Shown here one piece after another: positions 25,611 through 31,527 of a stretch of DNA of 31,527 nucleotides; position 1 is the stretch's first letter; each line of letters begins with the position of its first letter. The DNA is from Candidatus Dojkabacteria bacterium (GTDB lineage Bacteria > Patescibacteriota > Dojkabacteria > JAOAGR01). A model generated the notes under the pieces. It did not search any database, was not told the origin of the DNA, and saw nothing but the letters and a program-made list of their open reading frames with translations. The DNA lies in NCBI GenBank assembly GCA_048615375.1, contig JBMCLJ010000005.1:1-31527 (forward strand). The letters are read 5' to 3'. Made by a program: the position numbers and the translations under genes.

Positions 25611-25741
25611 GGTCTGAATTTCGCTTTTCTTCTTGTTTTTTTGCTTGTTTTTTTTCTCGGTTGCCATATAGTATTTCGATTTGCGGATCATTATAACAAA
25701 AGACTCTATAAATAGGAATTATGCGAATTGCAAGCAGCTCG

Positions 25742-26716
25742 TCACAAGGTACTATTCAGAAACACATCTTCAATGACTTCTTCAAGAGGAACAGACTCAA
25801 TTAGTATATCATTCAGTGTATACTCCCCGGCTACATGAGCTATCAGTTCCGGCATCGCTGATGTTGTTGTTTCTACAAGTAATTCTGTGCCCTGACTTTC
25901 CAGGACAGTCATGGTAGATATTGGCGGAGCGAAGTTCTGCGGCAATGTGTCAAAAATAAATCTGATGTATTTTTTATCCTGGTATTTATTGGTAAGCGTT
26001 ACGAGAGATTCATCAAATACTTTTTTACCATGATTAATAATTATTGCCCTGTCACATACCCTCTCCACATCATCCATATCATGACTTGTTAAGATAATAG
26101 TAATTTTGCTTTCCCGTTGGACTTCTCTGAGGAATTTCCTCATCTGTTTTTTCGCTGTAATATCGAGACCAATCGTTGGTTCATCTAAAAAGAGTATTTC
26201 CGGGTTATGCAGAATAGCTCCGATTACTTCAAGCTTCATCCTTTCTCCGAGTGAGAGTCGACGCACTTGTGTATCGAGATGATTCTCCACCTGTAATAAA
26301 CCGGTTAGTAGCGCAACACGTTGCGTATAAAACTTCTCATCCAACCCATAAATTTTTTTTAGCAATTCGAAACTTTGCCGGGCTGTTAAATCCCAGTTCA
26401 GTCCCGCCTTATTGCCCATTACCAGACCAATTCTCTGCAAGAACTGTTTTTTCCGTTCATGGGGAGTAAAGCCGAGTACTTCAATTGTACCTGAACTTGG
26501 ATAAATCAAACCAGTCATCATTTTAGTAGTAGTTGTTTTTCCTGCACCATTTGGCCCGAGAAATGCTACAGACTCACACCTTGCAACGGCAAATGAGACA
26601 TCATCTACTGCTTTCCTGAGGGCGTAATCGGGCTTGAATAATCCTGTAATAAGGTTTTTATTCCGCCTTGTTTTAAACGATTTGCTTAGTTTTTTTACTT
26701 GTATGACATTCTGCAT
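25742..26716 (-). CDS. ABC transporter ATP-binding protein
   Basis: Walker A GPNGAGKTT, signature LSLGERMKL, Walker B ILFLDEPTIGLD, H-loop SHD. Has a C-terminal extension domain. Confidence 0.9.
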   Translation of the reverse strand: MQNVIQVKKLSKSFKTRRNKNLITGLFKPDYALRKAVDDVSFAVARCESVAFLGPNGAGKTTTTKMMTGLIYPSSGTIEVLGFTPHERKKQFLQRIGLVMGNKAGLNWDLTARQSFELLKKIYGLDEKFYTQRVALLTGLLQVENHLDTQVRRLSLGERMKLEVIGAILHNPEILFLDEPTIGLDITAKKQMRKFLREVQRESKITIILTSHDMDDVERVCDRAIIINHGKKVFDESLVTLTNKYQDKKYIRFIFDTLPQNFAPPISTMTVLESQGTELLVETTTSAMPELIAHVAGEYTLNDILIESVPLEEVIEDVFLNSTL

Positions 26717-26753
26717 AACTTTTTCTATAACAAAGAAAATATGTCTATGGTTT

Positions 26754-27575
26754 TCAAGACGATGCGGAGGCGTACTGCTGCATCGCTTTTCTCCATAGAA
26801 ATGACTTTACCATTAAAAATATACAGGCAAGCACTATTGTAACGATACTCCACGACAACGGGTCACTTTTCGTTAAGAACACTGAAGAACTTATTACTGT
26901 CACGAATAGTAACGGAATCAACCAGGTGAAAATTGCTTTAATGATAACCGGGACCCCTTCAAAAGGTACCTGTATAAATTCCCACAATCCGTATATCAGT
27001 TTAAATAAAGCCGAGCTCTCACCGCTCCAGAAGACAGGAAGTGCAAGAGCAAACATCACGCAGTGGAATAGAATTTGACCAAATATAAAAATTACAATGC
27101 CACCAAAGATCGAGAAAATACTGAAATCAAGCTGGCTCCAATTAATGACTACGATAAAAGTCAAAATAGAAGGTATCGCGTCACGAATAAATCCGATCAG
27201 ATTAATACGGGTTATAGTAACATAGAACAAATGCGGCAACGGCTTGGTAAGCATAATATCCAGATCACCTTTACGAACGTTTTCAATCATCTGCTCAATA
27301 TTTCCCCCGCTCCACATGTAGAGCGTATAAAAATTCATCTGCCCAAGGAAAGTGAAAAATAGAAATTCATCTCTAGAATATCCTGCAATAGCGTGCACAT
27401 TCGCAAACAGAACATGAATGAATACAAGGGAAGCTGCGGTATAAAACAATGTAGAGAATCCTGAAGCCCACTTATTCGCGAAATATGCTGTATCTACCAG
27501 GAATGTATTTTTGATATTGAGCCATAGGACAACGAGTCTTTCTTGTATAAAATTTTTAAATTCCGACACCATCAT
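26754..27575 (-). CDS. ABC-2 family transporter permease
   Basis: About 270 aa with six predicted TM helices, immediately upstream of the ABC ATPase. Confidence 0.7.
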   Translation of the reverse strand: MMVSEFKNFIQERLVVLWLNIKNTFLVDTAYFANKWASGFSTLFYTAASLVFIHVLFANVHAIAGYSRDEFLFFTFLGQMNFYTLYMWSGGNIEQMIENVRKGDLDIMLTKPLPHLFYVTITRINLIGFIRDAIPSILTFIVVINWSQLDFSIFSIFGGIVIFIFGQILFHCVMFALALPVFWSGESSALFKLIYGLWEFIQVPFEGVPVIIKAIFTWLIPLLFVTVISSSVFLTKSDPLSWSIVTIVLACIFLMVKSFLWRKAMQQYASASS

Positions 27576-28389
27576 ATTTTTTTAATGAATATCTCCAGAG
27601 AAATATTGAAAGCGGCAACAACAGGAGTATCCACACACCTCCAATGAGCAACTGCTGTCCGAAATCCCCTGTCCACTCCCCTGATTGCAGGCTATTCACA
27701 GGTCCAAAAACTAAAACAGGAAAAGGGCTCCATTGCGTTATTTTTTCCAACGCTTCTGGAAAAAAAGTGATTGGAACCAGAATTCCAGAAAAGATTCGAA
27801 TTATATGATTTGCAACGTTTTTGAAGTGCTTCGCTTCTTCTGTGTAAAGAGCGATAATTGCAATAAATATGTTTAATGCTATTGAGAGAAAGAATGAGGT
27901 AATCAGGAAGAGCAAAAAAAGTGTCACTCGAGCGATTGAAAGCTCACCCAGGATTATAATTCCGATTGCTAGATTTAAAAAAGCAAGCAGATAATCAATT
28001 CCCGAGCTGCCGACATAGTACGCGAGATGATATCGTAGAAAACTAACCGGGCGAATCAGGTATACACTTAATGCACCACGTTTAACAAGCTTCTGAATAT
28101 TCCTCCCCCACTTCAAGCTCGAAACCATAACTATTTCACTTACAGCCCCACCGATTAAAAAGTATAAAAGCAAAAATTTCGTTTCCAGCTCAAGATTCCC
28201 TGTTTTCCCTACCACATACCAGAAAACAAGCAGACCTCCGATTTCCAGCATCTTACGCGCCACCACTGCAAAAACCTCCAGGGGATAGTGAGCGTAACGC
28301 AGGAAAGTGAATTTTATCAGGGCAAAGTACATAGGTCGTCGGCTCAAGCTCAAAAGGTCGTACACAGTAAAGTGAACGACTACATACAA
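27556..28389 (-). CDS. ABC-2 family transporter permease (second subunit)
   Basis: About 277 aa polytopic membrane protein. Overlaps the next permease gene by 20 nt, which suggests translational coupling. Confidence 0.7.
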   Translation of the reverse strand: MYVVVHFTVYDLLSLSRRPMYFALIKFTFLRYAHYPLEVFAVVARKMLEIGGLLVFWYVVGKTGNLELETKFLLLYFLIGGAVSEIVMVSSLKWGRNIQKLVKRGALSVYLIRPVSFLRYHLAYYVGSSGIDYLLAFLNLAIGIIILGELSIARVTLFLLFLITSFFLSIALNIFIAIIALYTEEAKHFKNVANHIIRIFSGILVPITFFPEALEKITQWSPFPVLVFGPVNSLQSGEWTGDFGQQLLIGGVWILLLLPLSIFLWRYSLKKYDGVGI

Positions 28390-28476
28390 ATAAATTACTT
28401 ATGAGCGTTATGCTTATACAACAACACAGCACAAATGCCAACCTATAACAATTTTCCAGCGTTTAATTATTTTGCT

Positions 28477-29853
28477 ATGATGCAGCCTATGGAAAAGTCA
28501 CTTAAATGGGCACAATATAATCAACCAGCAATTATAGAGCAACTCAAGTCTTTATTACGAATCCCTTCAATAAGTACTGATAATTACCACAAACCGGACA
28601 TCATGAAAGCAGCGGAATGGATAAAAACATTCTTTGAATCGCTAGGGTTAGAAACCAAGACGCTGGAAGGGTCGGGTAATCCGATTGTTTTTGCACAGAC
28701 TGAACAAGATCCAAAAAAACCTACCGTTCTTTTTTATTTTCACTATGATGTCCAGCCCTCGGGAGACGAGACCTTATGGACATATGGCGCGTTCGAACCT
28801 ACAGAACATAATGGCAGGTTATATGGAAGAGGTACTGTCGATGACAAAATGCAAGGGCTCGTACATGGTTTTGCCTTACAGAGTATGATTGAGTCCGGTG
28901 AAGAACTACCTGTGAATATGAAGTTTTGCATAGAAGGCGAGGAAGAAATATCGTCGCCTAATTTCGAACAGACAGTCAAGAAGTATAAAGACCTCATCGC
29001 ACATGATTATATGATCATATCCGATGGGTATATGCCACATCCGGACAAGCCCAATATTGAGACTGGCAGCCGAGGAATCATTTACTCACAAATCAGGTTG
29101 TCTATCGGTAATAAAGACTTGCATTCCGGACAGTTTGGCGGAGTAGTGAAAAACGCAAATCACGAATTAGCCCGGCTCATCACGTTACTCAAGGATCACA
29201 ATGGAAAAATCACTATACCAGGTTTCTATGACGACATACTCTCGCCTTCAGAAGCTGAATATGAAAACTGGAAAAGACATCCGGCACTCGCAGAAGAGTA
29301 TCTTGATTCAGGAGAAACATATTCTCTCGATGAAGGAGAAAAGGGGTATAGTTTAGAGGAACGTAATTGGAGTCGCCCGACAATGGAAGTAAATGGTATG
29401 TGGGGAGGGTTTATCGAGAAAGGGGCGAAAACGGTCATCCCATGTGAAGCATTTGCAAAGATTAGCTTCCGAATTGTTCCTGGACAAAATCCTGACAGAA
29501 TTATCGAAAGTTACAAGGCTCACCTCTCACAGCTCGCTCCGCAAGGAGTTCAAGTAGAACTACAATGGGCAGATAAGGCTTCTGCTTTTGTCGTAGACAC
29601 TACTGATCCTATTTTCGGGAAAGTACAAGAAGCTATCACAGAAACATTTCAAACAGATGCAGCACTTTCAAGAACCGGCGGGACAATTGGCATGCTATCC
29701 GGCGTACACGCTTTCTTTCAAAAACCAATAGTATTACTTAACTTTGGTTGCGCTGATGAGAACGCTCACTCGCCAAATGAATTTATGCGACTGAAGAATT
29801 TCTGGAGAGGTATTGAAACCAGTATCCGTCTCATGCATAAAATTGGTAGTTAA
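28477..29853 (+). CDS. M20-family metallopeptidase (dipeptidase / Sapep-like)
   Basis: Family-typical N-terminal region (LLRIPSIS), metal-binding HYDVQP, GRGTVDDK, CIEGEEE and a dimerisation-domain insertion. Start is chosen at the MMQPMEK Met rather than 28435. Confidence 0.8.
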   Translation: MMQPMEKSLKWAQYNQPAIIEQLKSLLRIPSISTDNYHKPDIMKAAEWIKTFFESLGLETKTLEGSGNPIVFAQTEQDPKKPTVLFYFHYDVQPSGDETLWTYGAFEPTEHNGRLYGRGTVDDKMQGLVHGFALQSMIESGEELPVNMKFCIEGEEEISSPNFEQTVKKYKDLIAHDYMIISDGYMPHPDKPNIETGSRGIIYSQIRLSIGNKDLHSGQFGGVVKNANHELARLITLLKDHNGKITIPGFYDDILSPSEAEYENWKRHPALAEEYLDSGETYSLDEGEKGYSLEERNWSRPTMEVNGMWGGFIEKGAKTVIPCEAFAKISFRIVPGQNPDRIIESYKAHLSQLAPQGVQVELQWADKASAFVVDTTDPIFGKVQEAITETFQTDAALSRTGGTIGMLSGVHAFFQKPIVLLNFGCADENAHSPNEFMRLKNFWRGIETSIRLMHKIGS

Positions 29854-30359
29854 CGAAAGCGCGTTTCCAGATAATCAAGTAACGAGTAAAACCCCTCGTT
29901 AAATTCAGTTATATCAATTTTTGAGGAAACACTGTTCAAGTCCCAGTAATTAATAAATGCCCCGTCAAGATGTACTTGAAGTTCATGCATTTCCTGATAG
30001 TTAATTTTTAGCTCGAGCATATAGCCTATTCTTTTATACTCTTTATCAGGCTGAGGGACACTATACTCGTAGATGCACTGTGGAGTTTTATTAATAGAAG
30101 CAAGACCAGAGCGAGCCTGAACATTGTTTATAGCTTCAGGAAGGGACTTTGATACATACGTCAAGTCATCTATCTGCAAAGTATCTCGTGAATCGTTCCC
30201 ATAACTTTTCACAAAAACCATACCATAACAGCTGGTGATCCACAGATGCACTTGCATCTCATCCGGTAATCTAATAGAGGAAGAATCAGGAGAAGCTATG
30301 TCTTGTTGACCACCTTGAAACGGTGTATCCTTTTGAAGCTTACTATCCATATAATCCAT
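29850..30359 (-). CDS. hypothetical protein
   Basis: 169-aa ORF with no recognisable motifs. Overlaps the convergent M20 peptidase gene by 4 bp. Confidence 0.4.
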   Translation of the reverse strand: MDYMDSKLQKDTPFQGGQQDIASPDSSSIRLPDEMQVHLWITSCYGMVFVKSYGNDSRDTLQIDDLTYVSKSLPEAINNVQARSGLASINKTPQCIYEYSVPQPDKEYKRIGYMLELKINYQEMHELQVHLDGAFINYWDLNSVSSKIDITEFNEGFYSLLDYLETRFR

Positions 30360-30475
30360 TCAAAATTTATTTAACACGAACACCTCATCGAGCTCGACCT
30401 ACAAGTCTACCGGATCTCATAATGATGTCAAGCAAGCCCCAATAATAACAGATATTGCCTCTACATGGGAATAAA

Positions 30476-31060
30476 TTAATCTAACTTCGGTGCGTACTCT
30501 TCATCGTATCTTTTTGCACACTCATGAATCACGTCCACGGCATCATTAATCCCAAAAAAACCTTTCACCTCTCCAGTACCGGGCTTTTTGAGATCTTTAT
30601 AATGCTCCCAGTAGTAGGTTGTCTCAGTCTGAAAGTATTCACCTAAATGTTCAAGTGAAGTAATATGGGACACACGCTTATCGTCATTTAATACCGCTAT
30701 GACTTTATCGTCTACTTCACCACCGTCTACAAACTTCATTACTCCAATAATTCGAGCCTCTACCAATGATCCAGGCACCAGTGGTTCAGTAACATTCACA
30801 ATAACAATATCGAGTGGATCACCGTCCAGATCCCATGTCTTAGGTATCGCTCCGTAGGTGAACGGATACGACAATGATGAATACCCAACTCTATCCAGCT
30901 TCAGGTGCCCGGTTTCTGTTATCAGCTCGTATTTATTAATCGTATGTGAATTAAGTTCTACTATTGCATTCACAATCTTTTCTTCTTGAGAAGAAAACGG
31001 ATCTAGTACATGCAGTAGATTAAGCATTGATTTGGATGGTTTTATAGTAATATTCGCCAT
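30476..31060 (-). CDS. ppa: inorganic pyrophosphatase (family I)
   Basis: DLDGDPLDIVIV, the Y..NYG-type region (YPFTYGAIPKTW) and D/E-rich active-site residues. The start may instead be the internal MLNLLHV Met at 31027. Confidence 0.9.
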   Translation of the reverse strand: MANITIKPSKSMLNLLHVLDPFSSQEEKIVNAIVELNSHTINKYELITETGHLKLDRVGYSSLSYPFTYGAIPKTWDLDGDPLDIVIVNVTEPLVPGSLVEARIIGVMKFVDGGEVDDKVIAVLNDDKRVSHITSLEHLGEYFQTETTYYWEHYKDLKKPGTGEVKGFFGINDAVDVIHECAKRYDEEYAPKLD

Positions 31061-31106
31061 GGAATATTGTATATATCCCTCTTCTATTTTTCAAATACCG
31101 ACAATG

Positions 31107-31527
31107 CTACCCTTCTGCTTTCCGCTTCAGTAATGTATCTCCAGTAAATGGTGATGATATGGCAATTTGATCATCCTGCGCTTTATCAATTACCATCTCC
31201 TGATTTTCAACACCTGACTTTTGTCGTTCCAGGCCATTTTTAAATGTTTGCATGTACCGCTCTTCTATCTCCGCAGTTGAGCTACCCGCCACCTGTTCGA
31301 AATTCTGACTCAGAGTAACCTCAATCTTTTCAACTTCCAAAGACTTTAATTGCAGACGCACTTCATGTTTCTTTTCCTCAAGGGTAATATATTCCAGCTT
31401 TACCCGGGCGTCAGCCCGTAAACCAGCAGCCTCAGAAACAACTTTCTGGATAACAGCCCCTTCTTCAAAAACATAATATACGCCCGCAACTCCCTCCTGT
31501 TTCTCTGTCTCATTCAGATTCGCTTCC
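31107..31527 (-). CDS. hypothetical protein, N-terminus beyond window end
   Basis: The minus-strand reading frame is open from 31527 down to the stop at 31107. The track's 84-aa GTG-start ORF is its C-terminal part. No family recognised. Confidence 0.35.
   Translation of the reverse strand, partial: EANLNETEKQEGVAGVYYVFEEGAVIQKVVSEAAGLRADARVKLEYITLEEKKHEVRLQLKSLEVEKIEVTLSQNFEQVAGSSTAEIEERYMQTFKNGLERQKSGVENQEMVIDKAQDDQIAISSPFTGDTLLKRKAEG

Noticed and set aside
28253-28441. 62-aa minus-strand ORF overlapping the permease start and the M20 peptidase upstream region
   Set aside because: Cys-rich and low-complexity. It lies in the divergent promoter region and is likely spurious.
1-31527. CRISPR arrays, integrases, transposases, restriction-modification or toxin-antitoxin pairs
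   Set aside because: No direct-repeat arrays with regular spacing and no recombinase, transposase, methyltransferase or small paired ORFs were seen on either strand.

Overview
This 31.5-kb window is AT-rich bacterial chromosome with compact housekeeping operons (tadA; a racemase-trpS-ITPase operon; valS; a UvrD-type helicase-nuclease next to recG; rpsO-pnp; ppa). Two small accessory stretches interrupt them. The organism looks like a small-genome, low-GC bacterium, possibly Patescibacteria/CPR-like: TrbC/VirB2-type pilin paralogues are co-transcribed with rpsO-pnp and there is a GerMN-like secreted protein. That placement is inference only. The first accessory stretch (about 7.4-12.3 kb) begins at an intact tRNA-Ser(GCU). 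It carries a PAP2 phosphatase, a DUF4342-like protein, a ClbS/DfsB-family protein, a degenerate permuted tRNA-like remnant and, most notably, a tightly linked pair of genes: a cytosolic (TM-less) SPFH/band-7 domain protein with an unusual N-terminal region, followed 58 bp later by a patatin-like phospholipase. This pair is the best candidate for an undescribed two-gene module, e.g. a scaffold/sensor gating a phospholipase effector. Other points worth checking are listed here. The ABC-F gene has a leader with a 9-codon uORF and nested palindromes that could sequester its RBS, which resembles attenuation in antibiotic-resistance ABC-F genes. A roughly 230-nt structured leader with an intrinsic terminator lies upstream of valS and looks T-box-like. 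The ValRS HIGH motif is degenerate (HMGN). One gene (16.2-17.1 kb) is frameshifted. Perfect inverted repeats overlap the RBS of a DUF4143 AAA ATPase gene, and a perfect 16-bp palindrome lies upstream of the SPFH gene. No CRISPR array, integrase or transposase was found.
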